64,000 bases of DNA from Escherichia coli (GCF_024502345.1 NZ_JALDNN010000001.1); one strand, 5' to 3'. Positions 42,372 through 54,202 are shown, numbered from the stretch's first letter. Notes: generated from the letters alone by a model not told the origin. Numbers and translations are program-made.

Positions 42372-43085
42372 TTAGGTTCTGCTCTCCTGTGAGTATGGGT
42401 TTATAATGATGTCATCCGGTGCATTAACACGGTTGGAAACATTTGTTTTACGGATCACTGGCAGCATAACCACCATCTCATTGACATGGTAAATATCAAT
42501 CCAACAAACAACCGGATAAGGCATAACAATCCCCTTTCTTCTAAGAACTTCATTTATCCCGAATATAATTAATTGGGATGTTGACAAGAGTAGAGTCTGC
42601 CCGACATCAAAGTAATAATCCTCAAAGGTTGTTCTATGAATAAGAATAATGTTTGAATATCCCAAGACACTTTGATGCTTTACATTAAAATGTCGTTGAT
42701 TGTAAATGTAAATGGCTTTTTCCATATCGTAATTTTCCCTCAGCGAGGATAGCCTTTCACGTATAACTGTTTTTTCATCTTTCCCCATGAATTCATCATT
42801 AGCGTTCAGTTTAAAGTAATCTGTAATTGGGATTTTTAATGGACTCATGATGTTCGTTTTCCAGATTAACGAACAGTATTCTTCCAGAGTCACTTCTTTT
42901 TCACCTCGATTTCGAATAATTCTTTCATTTATAGTGAATCTTAGTAGATCGTTTTTTAGCTCCTTTATTAGCCATTGATAGCGAAGACATTGCTCGAATA
43001 TATGTACCGTCAACGCCACAGAGTCTGATATGACTGAGGAAAGAGATTTATTATTCATCCTGGCATAATGCTCAAGAGTTTCCAT
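42372..43085 (-). CDS. Hypothetical protein, 237 aa, AT-rich
   Basis: Long ORF with no recognised motifs; between resolvase-like gene and alpA. Confidence 0.55.
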   Translation of the reverse strand: METLEHYARMNNKSLSSVISDSVALTVHIFEQCLRYQWLIKELKNDLLRFTINERIIRNRGEKEVTLEEYCSLIWKTNIMSPLKIPITDYFKLNANDEFMGKDEKTVIRERLSSLRENYDMEKAIYIYNQRHFNVKHQSVLGYSNIILIHRTTFEDYYFDVGQTLLLSTSQLIIFGINEVLRRKGIVMPYPVVCWIDIYHVNEMVVMLPVIRKTNVSNRVNAPDDIIINPYSQESRT

Positions 43086-43245
43086 CTCAGATTCATTTTT
43101 GTGCGTAAAAGTGTATTTTTTATTGGAAATGTTTTTTACTCCTTATAATTAACATTGCTATTAATTAATCCTGTTTGTAAAGGAGAAGTTTATTAATAAG
43201 TAAAAGTCCGCCTGCATCAAGACACGATGAAAATGTCTTCCTTTC

Positions 43246-43458
43246 TTACTCTATTGCCCGGGTTCGTTGTAAAATCCATTCGTCTATTTCAGCCTCTATC
43301 CAGCCGACAGATTGCAGCCCCAGACGACGTTGTTTCGGGAACGTTGGGTCATAGCGTGGCGATTTCGGATTGATCCAGTCATAGATTGTTGAACGTGACA
43401 AGCCCGTTTTGTCAATTACTGTAGAAAGACGAAGTATTTTAACATTAGATTTGTTCAT
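43246..43458 (-). CDS. alpA: AlpA-family prophage regulatory protein (excisionase-like HTH)
   Basis: 70 aa: MNKSNVKILRLSTVIDKTGLSRSTIYDWINPKSPRYDPTFPKQRRLGLQSVGWIEAEIDEWI, characteristic AlpA sequence. Confidence 0.85.
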   Translation of the reverse strand: MNKSNVKILRLSTVIDKTGLSRSTIYDWINPKSPRYDPTFPKQRRLGLQSVGWIEAEIDEWILQRTRAIE

Positions 43459-43649
43459 AGCTGATTACCTCAAATCGAAGTGCTCTGGATGATGTGAGAT
43501 TAGCTTTAAGGCAGCCAATCTAAAATGTATGTGCCAAAAAAACTTTTTTTTACGAACGGGAAATAAATATCCTATTGAAATTTAATGATTTTATTTTTTT
43601 TCTGTCGGGTCCATCAGAACGGTGTGAATTCAGTTACAGCCTTCCGGTC

Positions 43650-44570
43650 CGGTAATGGGCCAGTTATATGTTGAGTGGCTGCGCTTCGATGACTTCTGTT
43701 TCAGTGGGCTGGTCTATCTCCGACGTGCTGTGGCAGGTAGCGGTTCAGCAGTAGCCATTATTCGTTCTGCTCCGTCAGTACCGCACCCAGCAGCCGCAAG
43801 ATGCTCTCTTCATTGGGAAGATACCTACCACTGTCAACGCCAAGATTGTTGGCCGTTTCGTCCGCATCCCCTATTGGTCATTAATGTTGTCCGCTTTCCG
43901 CCGTTTCATCTCTTTGTTCAGGCGCTCCAGCGTGTTTGTGGAGTGGGTTTTTCACTTGGTGTGCTTTCGGGAGGCCGAAGGACGCCAGCACGTCTGCCTC
44001 TGCTTCGTCCATCACCCCGGTGACCGCCGGGTTGCTTTTCTCCCATTGACCGGCAACCTTGCACAGGTGGCATGGGCGCTTTTCTCGTCGGTCTGCACGA
44101 ACACCTGTTGCAGCGCCGCACGGACCACCGACTGGTTTGCACGGCTGACGCGGCTCAGCACGTTGCGCATGAAGTGGACCCGGCAGCGCTGCCAGCTGGC
44201 GGAGAACATCTGCCTATCGCCGCCTTCAGGCTCAGCAGGAAGGTCAGCCAGGATGCCGTTTATCCATGCTTCCTGGATAACCGCGTTGAGCGCCTTCTCA
44301 GACAATCTGTGGGCCTCCAGGAAGGGCGGGAAGTACGTCCCTTTAAGCAGCTTCGGAATACGCAGGTCCACAGCGTGCCGAGCTGGCGGGGACTGACGGT
44401 CACGATAGCCGTTGTGGTAGGTTTCGCGCTCATCGCTGCGCTAGTGGGCTCCGCGTTGATGTGCTGAGTGACATCTGCTTCCATAATGCAGTTGAGCATA
44501 AATTCGGTGAGTTCACGCAGAAAATCCTCGCCGCCGAGTAGCATCAGGGTGTTGCTGAATGTCATGCTGT
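43650..44570 (-). pseudogene. IS256-family (mutator-type) transposase, frameshifted remnant
   Basis: Reverse-strand ORF pieces ...LRELTEFMLNCIMEADVTQHINAEP..., ...RLSEKALNAVIQEAWINGI..., ...VHFMRNVLSRVSRANQS... resemble IS256-family blocks in different frames; GC-rich. Confidence 0.55.
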
Positions 44571-44784
44571 TGTCATTCCGAATTTACACCACGCCCTAAG
44601 ACTCTACCTTATTTTCTTTGCAAAGCAGGCTGCTTGTGCAAGTTGTACATGTAGTTAACAGGCAGTAAGTATGGCAAACCATTATTTCATGTCTTCACAT
44701 CTGGTTCTTCATTCAGTTAAGTAGTAAAAATGAAAGGGATGTCAGAGCAAGAACAGATGACGTTGTGTAACTGACCAATGAAGG

Positions 44785-45558
44785 ATGATATGGAATATGC
44801 TTGATATTTTTTGCTCGGAATTTGAAGAAAAAAGAAACAAATTAAAGACCTACCTTGAAAGCTCGGGATTTCTTTATAGGCATTCTATCATCAAAAAAAT
44901 GTCTCTTTTGGATGGTATGGATGAAAGCCAGAATTTTGAGTTGTTGCAGGCGAAACAATATAATCGTGATGATATACAATGCTGGGAGTATATTAGCTCT
45001 AAGTGGACCGTCGTTCCTATTATGATGGGTTCGCAAAGCCTTAAACACTTTTTTACATGGAATTTTAAGGCCGCTGGGATATTTCAGCGATATGGAAAGG
45101 ATATGTGGGATATCAACAAGATAATTGCAGTTAAATCTTTATTGTTTGCTAGTTCAGTCTTAGGTAGTTGCCTTGGGGTTGCAGGCTATGGCCCGTTGCT
45201 GCCTTCGGAGCTTGCATTAGACAAAAAGAAGCTAACTAAGAAAAAACAGTCAGCAAGAATGGGAGGGATATCTAAGGCTGAATTATATCTCCCGATAAAA
45301 GAAGAGACGATAAGATTGCTCCACCAAAATGTTCCTGTGGATGGTAGATGGAAAAATAAAACGGTTGCAGCAAAGGCAATAGAGGCAGATTTAGTCATCT
45401 TTGTACAAAATTTGAAATCTCAAAACCAAAATCTGGATCTTAATGAAGAAGATATTATTACAGTCGTCAAACGTTGGGAACGCAATGATGAAAGAGTAAA
45501 GGCTGCATTTGAGGGAACGGTGAAGCAAAAAATCTCTGGCAAGAAGGGCTCGGGTTAG
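44785..45558 (+). CDS. Hypothetical protein, 257 aa, AT-rich, integrase-proximal
   Basis: Long ORF with no recognised motifs; AAGGA RBS favours the second ATG (44797); convergent with integrase. Confidence 0.65.
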   Translation: MIWNMLDIFCSEFEEKRNKLKTYLESSGFLYRHSIIKKMSLLDGMDESQNFELLQAKQYNRDDIQCWEYISSKWTVVPIMMGSQSLKHFFTWNFKAAGIFQRYGKDMWDINKIIAVKSLLFASSVLGSCLGVAGYGPLLPSELALDKKKLTKKKQSARMGGISKAELYLPIKEETIRLLHQNVPVDGRWKNKTVAAKAIEADLVIFVQNLKSQNQNLDLNEEDIITVVKRWERNDERVKAAFEGTVKQKISGKKGSG

Positions 45559-45587
45559 AACTTCTCATTATTTTTTCCAAAAATAAG

Positions 45588-45612
45588 AACCGCGCCTTTG
45601 AAGGCGCGGATT
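45588..45612 (-). terminator. Probable intrinsic terminator downstream of the integrase gene
   Basis: Hairpin CCGCGCCTT-TGAA-AAGGCGCGG followed (reverse strand) by a T-rich run. Confidence 0.5.
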
Positions 45613-45620
45613 AAGTAGAA

Positions 45621-46862
45621 TCAAACAACAAGTTTTAATGCACCGGCACTAGATTCTACCATGCTTCCTTTATCTGCTCTTTTAACAAAATCAGCCCACC
45701 ATTGCATCATCGGCCTACGTTGCTCAAGATAATCACTGCGGTTATAAGCGCGACGTACCTCATTTTTGTCTACATGAGCAAGTGCGGCTTCAATGACATC
45801 AGGAGGAAATCCTTGCTCATTGAGGGCTGTACTGGCGATAGAACGCAAACCATGTGAAACCAGCACTCCCCCTAAACCGGCACGCTTGAGTGCAGCATTC
45901 ACGGTTTGACTGTTCATCGGCTGAGTGGGCTTAATGCGGCTTGGAAAAATAAAATCTCGGCCACCACTGAGCGGCTTCATCATTTCCAGAATAGCCAGAG
46001 CCCCATCAGATAATGGAACGGTATGGTCCCGGTTCATTTTCATTCGGGCTGCTGGAATTTTCCATTCGTTAGCATCAAAATCGATCTCATTCCACCGAGC
46101 TTCTGCGGCTTCTGCGGGGCGGGTGATGGTGAGAAGTTGCCACATGAACAGACACCGCGTAGACAGGCTGATACTGGCCGTACGCATAGTTTGCATCAAC
46201 TGAGGCAACTGATCCGGACGAATACTGGGCATGTTCTTTTTCTGAGGTTTCTCGAAGGCTTTGCCAATATTAACACTGGGAACTGCATCAATCAGGCCCG
46301 TGTTTTGGGCATAAATCATGACTTCATTGATCCGTTGGCAAAGACGGCGGACAGTTTCCAGTGCTCCTCGGGCCTGAACGGGTTGAACGGCTTGAACCAG
46401 TGTATGGGCTTTAATATCTGTAACGCTTACGTTGCCAATTGCGGGAAATATATCTCTTTCAAGCGAACGCCAGATATCATCAGCATAGTCCTCGGTTACA
46501 CTGGCTTTCTTCACATTCCACCAACGCTCGGCAACTAACAAGAAAGTGTTGGTTTTGGCCTCCTGAGAATTTCTTATCTGTTCTTTTTGGTATTCCTGAG
46601 GATCGATTCCTTTTGCCAGTAATACTTTGGATTCAGCTCTGAGCTTACGAGCATCGGAAAGCGAGACAGCAGGATAGGAACCGAAGCTCTGTTTAGTTCG
46701 CTGTTTTGTCAGAGGTCGGTAATAACGGAATTGCCAGAGCTTACTGCCACTGGATTTGATTAGCAGCGTCAGTCCGTCACCATCATACAACTGATAATCG
46801 GCATCTTTAGATTTGGCTGCTTTGATTTCCGTATCCGTTAACGGCTTGGTTTTTCTTGCCAC
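45621..46862 (-). CDS. intA: P4/CP4-57-type tyrosine integrase (IntA-like)
   Basis: 413 aa: MARKTKPLTDTEIKAAKSKDADYQLYDGDGLTLLIKSSGSKLWQFRYY...; C-terminal catalytic region HGLRSIASTA...AHVDKNEVRRAYNRSDY; adjacent to ssrA 3' end. Confidence 0.93.
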   Translation of the reverse strand: MARKTKPLTDTEIKAAKSKDADYQLYDGDGLTLLIKSSGSKLWQFRYYRPLTKQRTKQSFGSYPAVSLSDARKLRAESKVLLAKGIDPQEYQKEQIRNSQEAKTNTFLLVAERWWNVKKASVTEDYADDIWRSLERDIFPAIGNVSVTDIKAHTLVQAVQPVQARGALETVRRLCQRINEVMIYAQNTGLIDAVPSVNIGKAFEKPQKKNMPSIRPDQLPQLMQTMRTASISLSTRCLFMWQLLTITRPAEAAEARWNEIDFDANEWKIPAARMKMNRDHTVPLSDGALAILEMMKPLSGGRDFIFPSRIKPTQPMNSQTVNAALKRAGLGGVLVSHGLRSIASTALNEQGFPPDVIEAALAHVDKNEVRRAYNRSDYLEQRRPMMQWWADFVKRADKGSMVESSAGALKLVV

Positions 46863-47044
46863 GGTGGAGTCTCCATGCTTTTAGGCCCAACAAAGACCAT
46901 AGATCTTTTCGTTGGGCCTATCAATGGGCCTAAAACAATTAGCTTAGGTAGGATCAAATCAGATAGCGCTGGACATAAAAAAGCCCGTAAGTCGTTGTGA
47001 CTACGGGTTTTTTGGTTTTTCTTGGATTGCTTTGGAATAAAATT

Positions 47045-47407
47045 TGGTGGAGCTGGCGGGAGTTGAACCCGCGTCCGAAATTCCTACATCCTCGGTACTA
47101 CATGCTTAGTCAGTCTTTACATTCGCTTGCCAGCTGCGGACGGACACGCCACTAACAAACTAGCCTGATTAAGTTTTAACGCTTCAACCCCAGGCAGGGC
47201 TTCCACGCGATCTCTTTTGGGTTTGACCTCTCTTGATCCCCGTCCTAAGAGCGGAGGCTAGGGAGAGAGGGCTCTAAGCAGGTTATTAAGCTGCTAAAGC
47301 GTAGTTTTCGTCGTTTGCGACTATTTTTTGCGGCTTTTTACGAGGCCAACCGCCCCTCGGCATGCACCTTGGGTTTCGCAAATCCCGTCGAATCCAGAAT
47401 CAGCCCC
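47045..47407 (-). ncRNA. ssrA: tmRNA (SsrA), 363 nt
   Basis: Reverse complement begins GGGGCTGATTCTGGATTCGACGGG and ends GGTTCAACTCCCGCCAGCTCCACCA; terminator-like hairpin follows at ~46975-47015. Confidence 0.97.
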
Positions 47408-47621
47408 AATGTGTAAAGGTAAGTATACCAGATTTATGAGCGCCATGACCAGCCTCAATGGCGTTATCGTTAAAGATTTAGCACCCATGTAGCCTGATTT
47501 TTATTCGATTAAGCAATGGAATGGCAACATTTGTGTCGGATGTGATAACCAATAAGATGTTCATTCGCGCCGCCGGAGAGGGAGGCGCGGTGAGGAACTG
47601 GTCAATAATTGGAGTGCAGGT

Positions 47622-48104
47622 TTAACGGTGGGCGTTTTTCATGATACGCGCTTTATCCACCTGCCATTCGCGCTCTTTGATATCTGAACGTTTATCGTGC
47701 TGTTTCTTACCTTTGGCGACGCCGATTTTCACTTTGCACCAGGCATTTTTCCAGTACAGGGAGAGCGCCACTACGGTATAGCCTTCTCGATTGACGCGAC
47801 CGTACAATGAGTCCAGTTCGCGCTGGTTGAGAAGTAACTTGCGGGTACGGGTAGGGTCGCACACCACATGCGTGGAGGCCACGGCCATTGGCGTGATGTT
47901 AGCGCCAAACAGAAATGCCTCTCCGTCACGCAGAAGGACGTAGCTGTCGCTGATATTGGCTTTTCCTGCGCGCAGGGATTTAACCTCCCAGCCTTGCAGG
48001 GCAAGTCCCGCTTCGAACTCTTCTTCGATAAAGTATTCGTGACGGGCGCGCTTGTTAAGCGCGATGGTCGCTGAACCAGGTTTATGTGCTTTTTTCTTCG
48101 TCAT
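47622..48104 (-). CDS. smpB: SsrA-binding protein
   Basis: 160 aa [37 protein letters not shown]... Confidence 0.96.
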
Positions 48105-48235
48105 AAGCGTCGTGAATCATCGGTAATCTGAAATCGAAAACACCCCATATCAATCCTGCGGGGGACAAGGCTCTATCTTAGCATGAACCCGATGTTACCC
48201 AGCGCCGGGATAGCGTTTTTTTTACAGCAGGATAA

Positions 48236-48712
48236 ATGATATTATTTGTTGGATTTTTGTTGATGGAAATTGTTATGCCTCAGATTAGCCGGACCGCACT
48301 GGTACCCTACAGCGCGGAGCAAATGTATCAGTTAGTGAATGACGTTCAGTCTTATCCTCAGTTTTTGCCGGGTTGTACCGGAAGTCGGATTCTGGAGTCC
48401 ACTCCTGGGCAGATGACTGCGGCGGTAGATGTCTCTAAGGCTGGGATCAGCAAAACGTTTACTACCCGCAACCAGTTGACCAGTAACCAAAGTATTCTTA
48501 TGAATCTGGTGGATGGGCCGTTCAAGAAATTGATTGGTGGATGGAAGTTTACGCCGCTGAGCCAGGAGGCGTGTCGTATCGAGTTTCATCTCGACTTTGA
48601 GTTTACCAATAAGTTGATTGAACTCGCCTTTGGTCGCGTGTTTAAAGAGCTGGCGTCTAATATGGTCCAGGCTTTTACGGTTCGTGCGAAAGAGGTTTAC
48701 AGTGCCAGGTAA
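48236..48712 (+). CDS. ratA: Ribosome association toxin RatA (SRPBCC fold)
   Basis: 158 aa ORF; conserved position next to smpB. Confidence 0.9.
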   Translation: MILFVGFLLMEIVMPQISRTALVPYSAEQMYQLVNDVQSYPQFLPGCTGSRILESTPGQMTAAVDVSKAGISKTFTTRNQLTSNQSILMNLVDGPFKKLIGGWKFTPLSQEACRIEFHLDFEFTNKLIELAFGRVFKELASNMVQAFTVRAKEVYSAR

Positions 48713-48992
48713 AATTGCCGTTGAGGTGGCTTATGCGCTACCTGAGAAGCAGTACCTGCAGCGAGTGACGCTGCAGAAGGGCGCGACGGTTGAAGAAGCT
48801 ATTCGCGCCAGTGGCTTGCTGGAATTGCGTACCGATATCGATTTAACTAAAAACAAAGTCGGCATTTACAGCCGTCCGGCAAAACTAAGCGATAGTGTGC
48901 ATGATGGCGATCGGGTGGAGATTTATCGCCCTCTCATTGCCGATCCGAAAGAGCTTCGCAGGCAACGAGCAGAAAAATCAGCGAATAAATAA
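48702..48992 (+). CDS. ratB: RatB (YfjF), 96 aa, GTG start
   Basis: In-frame GTG at 48702 gives [20 protein letters not shown]...; track ORF extended upstream to an out-of-context ATG. Confidence 0.85.
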   Translation: MPGKIAVEVAYALPEKQYLQRVTLQKGATVEEAIRASGLLELRTDIDLTKNKVGIYSRPAKLSDSVHDGDRVEIYRPLIADPKELRRQRAEKSANK

Positions 48993-49053
48993 CAGACAGA
49001 AAAAAGGTGCTCATTGAGCACCTTTTTTAACGTCTTTGAGAGCAACTTTATTA

Positions 49054-49395
49054 TTAGTTACCACTCAGCGCAGGTTTGTTATCAATATTGGTCAACACAC
49101 CGCTACTGTTAAAGGTTAGCGTCAGCGTTTGCTGCGTTACACCTTCATGACCTGGTTGCTGGCGGAAGACATAGAACCAGGTATTCGTACCAAATGGATC
49201 GGACATCAGCGGTGTACCCAATGCGTACGCAACTTGTTGTTGCGTCATGCCAACACGTATTTTGGATACGTCGTTAGCGGTCAGATAGTTCCCCTGGTTG
49301 ATGTCAGGACGGTAAACCACTCGCTCCAGAGTGGAACAGCCTGCGGTCAACATCAATAGTACTGCTGCTGCAGCAGTCAGCGTTTTACAGCGCAT
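49054..49395 (-). CDS. bamE: Outer membrane lipoprotein BamE (SmpA)
   Basis: 113 aa; lipobox LTAGC. Confidence 0.95.
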
Positions 49396-49543
49396 AGTGA
49401 TTTGATTCCTTTTCGGGCCCGAGCAGTACGTGGCTCATCTGTAATATGCCGATGATAATAGACCTTTCATCACTTTAAAACCTTTTGCTTTCCAGTCTTA
49501 CGGCGTTTTGCTGTTTACTCTGACCGTGAAGCAGGGAAAAAGT

Positions 49544-51205
49544 TTACGCCGCAAGCAGTTCTTTCGCATTCGCCAGTGTGTTACGTGTGACTTCACTGCC
49601 ACCAAGCAGGCGCGCCAGCTCTTGTAACCGCGCTTTTTTATCCAGAGATTGCATATGCGTTTCTGTCATCGCACCATCGGTTTCTTTGCTGACAAAATAG
49701 TGTTGATGACCACATCCCGCGACTTGTGGCAGGTGGGTAACACACATCACCTGAGTTGATTCGCCGAGTTGACGCAGCAGTTTGCCGACAACTGCCGCTG
49801 TTGGACCGCTAATCCCTACATCCACTTCATCAAAAATCAGTGCCGGGGTTTCCATTTTACGCGCCGTGATGACCTGAATTGCCAATGCGATGCGGGACAA
49901 TTCACCACCGGATGCGACTTTGGCAATAGGCTGCATTGGCTGACCTGGGTTGGTGGTTACCCGAAACTCAATACGATCGGCGCCGTCAGCGCCCAGGTGA
50001 TGCTCGTCAAATTTGACATCAATCGTAAACTGCCCATGCGGCATTGAGAGCGCATGCATACTGTCGGTGATCAGCTGTGCAAGTTCTTCTGCATAATGCT
50101 GGCGTTGCTGGTGTAATGCGCGCGCCGTTTCCAGTGCCTGCTGATGATGTTTCGTTACCGCCAGCGCGAGCGTTTCTTGTGAGTCGGCCTGATCGTCCAG
50201 TTGCTGCTGTTCTTCCAGTAGCGACTGGTAATACTGTGGCAATGTCTCAGGGCTGACGTGATGTTTACGTGCCAGCGAAATCTGTTTTGAGATGCGCTGT
50301 TCAAGTTCAAACAGTCGGTTGGGATCGAGATCCAGACGATCGCAGTAGTGGCGCAGTTCGTCGCTGGCTTCAACAATCTGGATGGTAGCTTCTTCCAGCA
50401 TATCAAGTACGCCGGACAGTTTGCTGTCCATGCCAATCAATTCGCTAACCAGTTGTTTAGCCGTGTAAAGCTGACTTTGCAGGTTTGCGTCTTCACCGTC
50501 GGCCATTAATGCCAATGCATTCTGGCTGGTGGTCAGCAATTGACCGCTGTTCGCCAGACGTTTGTACTCTTCGTCGATTTGCTCAAACTCTCCGGGCTGC
50601 GGATTAAATTCGTTAAGTTCTTTTAATTGGTATTGCAGCAGTTCCGCACGGGCAGCGCGTTCCTGACTTAACTGTTGATGATGCGCGAGGTCACGGCAGC
50701 TTTGATGCCACAACTGATAACGTGCGGTCATTTCCTGGAGTAGAGAGGTTTCATTGGCATAGCCATCAAGCAGGAACTTTTGGTGCTCGGGTTTGGTGAG
50801 TAACTGATGAGCGTGCTGACCATGGATCTGAATCAGCAACTGACCCAGTTCGCGCAGTTGTGACAGAGGAACAGCTGTACCGTTGATGAAACCACGGGAG
50901 CGACCATCGCTGCTGATCACGCGACGAAGCAAACATTCATGCCCGTCTTCAAGCTGGTTTTCTTCCAGCCAGCGCAGAGCCGCTGGCGTATCTTTCAGAG
51001 AAAAACGGGCGCACAGGTCAGCGCGAGCAGCGCCGGTACGCACCATGTCGGCTTCAGCGCGACCACCGAGACAAAGACCGAGGGCATCTATTGCAATAGA
51101 TTTACCCGCGCCGGTCTCGCCAGTTATTACGGTCATGCCGCTATGAAAATCAATCTCAAGCTCACGAACGATAGCAAAGTTGCTGATGGTCAGTTGTGCC
51201 AACAT
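49544..51205 (-). CDS. recN: DNA repair protein RecN (SMC-like ATPase)
   Basis: 553 aa; Walker A GETGAGKS. Confidence 0.96.
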   Translation of the reverse strand: MLAQLTISNFAIVRELEIDFHSGMTVITGETGAGKSIAIDALGLCLGGRAEADMVRTGAARADLCARFSLKDTPAALRWLEENQLEDGHECLLRRVISSDGRSRGFINGTAVPLSQLRELGQLLIQIHGQHAHQLLTKPEHQKFLLDGYANETSLLQEMTARYQLWHQSCRDLAHHQQLSQERAARAELLQYQLKELNEFNPQPGEFEQIDEEYKRLANSGQLLTTSQNALALMADGEDANLQSQLYTAKQLVSELIGMDSKLSGVLDMLEEATIQIVEASDELRHYCDRLDLDPNRLFELEQRISKQISLARKHHVSPETLPQYYQSLLEEQQQLDDQADSQETLALAVTKHHQQALETARALHQQRQHYAEELAQLITDSMHALSMPHGQFTIDVKFDEHHLGADGADRIEFRVTTNPGQPMQPIAKVASGGELSRIALAIQVITARKMETPALIFDEVDVGISGPTAAVVGKLLRQLGESTQVMCVTHLPQVAGCGHQHYFVSKETDGAMTETHMQSLDKKARLQELARLLGGSEVTRNTLANAKELLAA

Positions 51206-51213
51206 AGTCGTTT

Positions 51214-51273
51214 TCCTGTATGAAAAACCATTACTGTTATTGTGTACAGTATAAACTGGTTTTATATACAGTA
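51214..51273 (-). promoter_or_regulatory. Three LexA (SOS) boxes in recN promoter
   Basis: CTGT-N8-ACAG-type motifs: TCCTGTATGAAAAACCATTA, TACTGTTATTGTGTACAGTA, AACTGGTTTTATATACAGTA. Confidence 0.75.
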
Positions 51274-51290
51274 AAGAGGCTGGCGTAAAA

Positions 51291-52169
51291 TTAGAATAAT
51301 TTTTTTGACCAGCCGAGCTTGGTGCTTAATGTATTGAAATAACTGTAATCTTTCGGATGAATCAGATTCAGATGGTAATCACAGCGACGAATCAGGACAT
51401 CTTCACCTTCCTGAATCGGCAGTGCTATCTGGCTGTCGCAACTGATTTCCAGGTCGTTACGGCGATGCGAAAAACGCAGACGGATCGTGCTGCTGCTGTT
51501 TATGACCAGTGGTCGTGCTGACAACGTATGCGGGAACATGGGCACCAGGGTAATCGCATCCAGAGAGGGGGTCAGAATAGGACCGCCTGCAGAGAGGGAA
51601 TAGGCGGTGGAGCCTGTTGGCGTCGAAATAATTAGTCCATCAGATCGCTGAGAAAACGCAAAGATCTCGTCGATATACACTTCGAACTCAATCATATGCG
51701 CCACTTTGCCTGGATGAAGCACCACTTCATTTATCGCGGTGCTGATGCGTTTCTGGCAATCTTGCTGACAGACTTGCGCTTCCAGCAAAAAACGTTTCTC
51801 GCTGATGTAGTGGCCTTCCAGCACATCGGCTAACTGTTGCTGGGCGTTATCGGGGTCAAGGTCAGTCAGGAAACCCAGGTTGCCACGGTTGATTCCAATA
51901 ACTTTAATATCGTAACGGGCGAGTGTGCGTGCCGCGCCCAGCATATTACCGTCGCCACCAACGACTACCGCGAGATCAGCTAGTTGCCCAATCTCCGCGA
52001 GCGTGCCAGTTTTCACATTCTTCAGTTGCAGTTCGTGAGCGATTTGTTGCTCAACGATGACCTCGTAACCTTTTGTGCACAGCCAGCGGTAGAGCATTTC
52101 ATGTGTTGTCAGTGCAGTGGGGTGCCGTGGGTGTCCCACAATGCCAATACACTTGAAATGATTATTCAT
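51291..52169 (-). CDS. nadK: NAD kinase
   Basis: 292 aa; GGDGN motif. Confidence 0.95.
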
Positions 52170-52258
52170 TTTTCCGAGGTCCTTGTTGCGAAGATTGATG
52201 ACAATGTGAGTGCTTCCCTTGAAACCCTGAAACTGATCCCCATAATAAGCGAAGTTAG

Positions 52259-52885
<627 letters not shown>

Positions 52886-52939
52886 TTTCTGTTTTCGTAA
52901 TAATTCACGGCCCTGCATGCGAATGCAGGGCCGTTTTCG

Positions 52940-54202
52940 TTACTCCGCCACACTCTCGCGCAGCGGTTTCACAGGAAAAACTTTTACCTGCTTAATCATA
53001 TTGTCCTGTACGTCGAGAATATCGATATCGTACTCGCCAATACGCACGCGGGTGCCTGCGACAGGGATCTCTTCCAGTGCCTCAAGAATGACGCCATTAA
53101 CCGTGCGGGCATCATCTTCCGGTAGATGCCAGTTAAAGGCTTTGTTGATTTCCCGCACGTTGGCAGTGCCATCAATAATCACCGAACCGTCGTTTTGCGG
53201 CGTGACTTCTTCGGCAAGTGTTGGCGACATCGACGTAGTGAAATCGCCGACAATCTCTTCCAGAATATCTTCAACCGTCACTAGCCCCTGAATGTCTCCA
53301 TACTCGTTGACGACCAGGCCGACTTTCTTTTTGTTGCGCTGAAACTTCACCAACTGCGTGCTGAGCGGCGTACCTTCCGGCACAAAATAGATCTCGTCCG
53401 CGGCGCGCAGCATGGTTTCTTTGGTGAACTCTTTTTTCTCCGACATCAACCGCCAGGCTTCACGTACTCGCAGCATACTGATGGCGTCGTCCAGCGAATC
53501 ACGGTAGAGCACGATGCGCCCGTGAGGTGAGTGGGAGAGTTGGCGCAGAATAGATTTCCAGTCATCGTTGATATCAATACCGATAATTTCACTGCGCGGC
53601 ACCATGATGTCATCAACGGTCATTTTTTCCAGATCGAGCACCGACAGCAGCATATCCTGATTGCGACGGGAAATTTGTGAGCGTGATTCGTGCACGATAG
53701 TGCGCAACTCTTCTTTGCTCAAAGAGCCGCTAACCACGATATCGGTTTTGATACCCATCATGCGCATCAGCATACGGGTGATAGCATTCAGCAACCAGAC
53801 CAGCGGCATCATCAAAATTTGCAGCGGAGCCAGCAGAAAACTACTCGGATAAGCGACTTTTTCCGGGTACAGCGCGGCAATGGTTTTCGGCAATACCTCA
53901 GCAAATACCAGTACGACAAAAGTCAGCACACCAGTCGCAATTGCCACGCCTGCATCACCGTACAAACGCATCCCAACAATAGTGCCGAGCGCGGAGGCAA
54001 GAATATTGACCAGGTTATTGCCGATTAACACCAGGCTTATCAGGCGGTCTGGCTTACGCAGCAATTTTTCGACGCGTTTGGCCGAGCGATTATCCTGTTT
54101 CGCCATATGTCGAAGACGATAGCGGTTGAGGGTCATCATTCCGGTTTCGGACCCGGAAAAATAGGCTGAAATGACCACCATGATGATCAGAATAATGATC
54201 AA
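52940..54202 (-). CDS. yfjD: CNNM/CorB-family inner membrane protein (DUF21 + CBS + CorC_HlyC)
   Basis: 420 aa ORF with N-terminal hydrophobic segments. Confidence 0.9.
   Translation of the reverse strand: MIIILIIMVVISAYFSGSETGMMTLNRYRLRHMAKQDNRSAKRVEKLLRKPDRLISLVLIGNNLVNILASALGTIVGMRLYGDAGVAIATGVLTFVVLVFAEVLPKTIAALYPEKVAYPSSFLLAPLQILMMPLVWLLNAITRMLMRMMGIKTDIVVSGSLSKEELRTIVHESRSQISRRNQDMLLSVLDLEKMTVDDIMVPRSEIIGIDINDDWKSILRQLSHSPHGRIVLYRDSLDDAISMLRVREAWRLMSEKKEFTKETMLRAADEIYFVPEGTPLSTQLVKFQRNKKKVGLVVNEYGDIQGLVTVEDILEEIVGDFTTSMSPTLAEEVTPQNDGSVIIDGTANVREINKAFNWHLPEDDARTVNGVILEALEEIPVAGTRVRIGEYDIDILDVQDNMIKQVKVFPVKPLRESVAE

Noticed and set aside
43655-44467. Overlapping + strand ORFs of 122-170 aa
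   Set aside because: Lie over the IS256-family transposase remnant on the opposite strand; Arg/Pro-rich sequences typical of out-of-frame GC-rich DNA.
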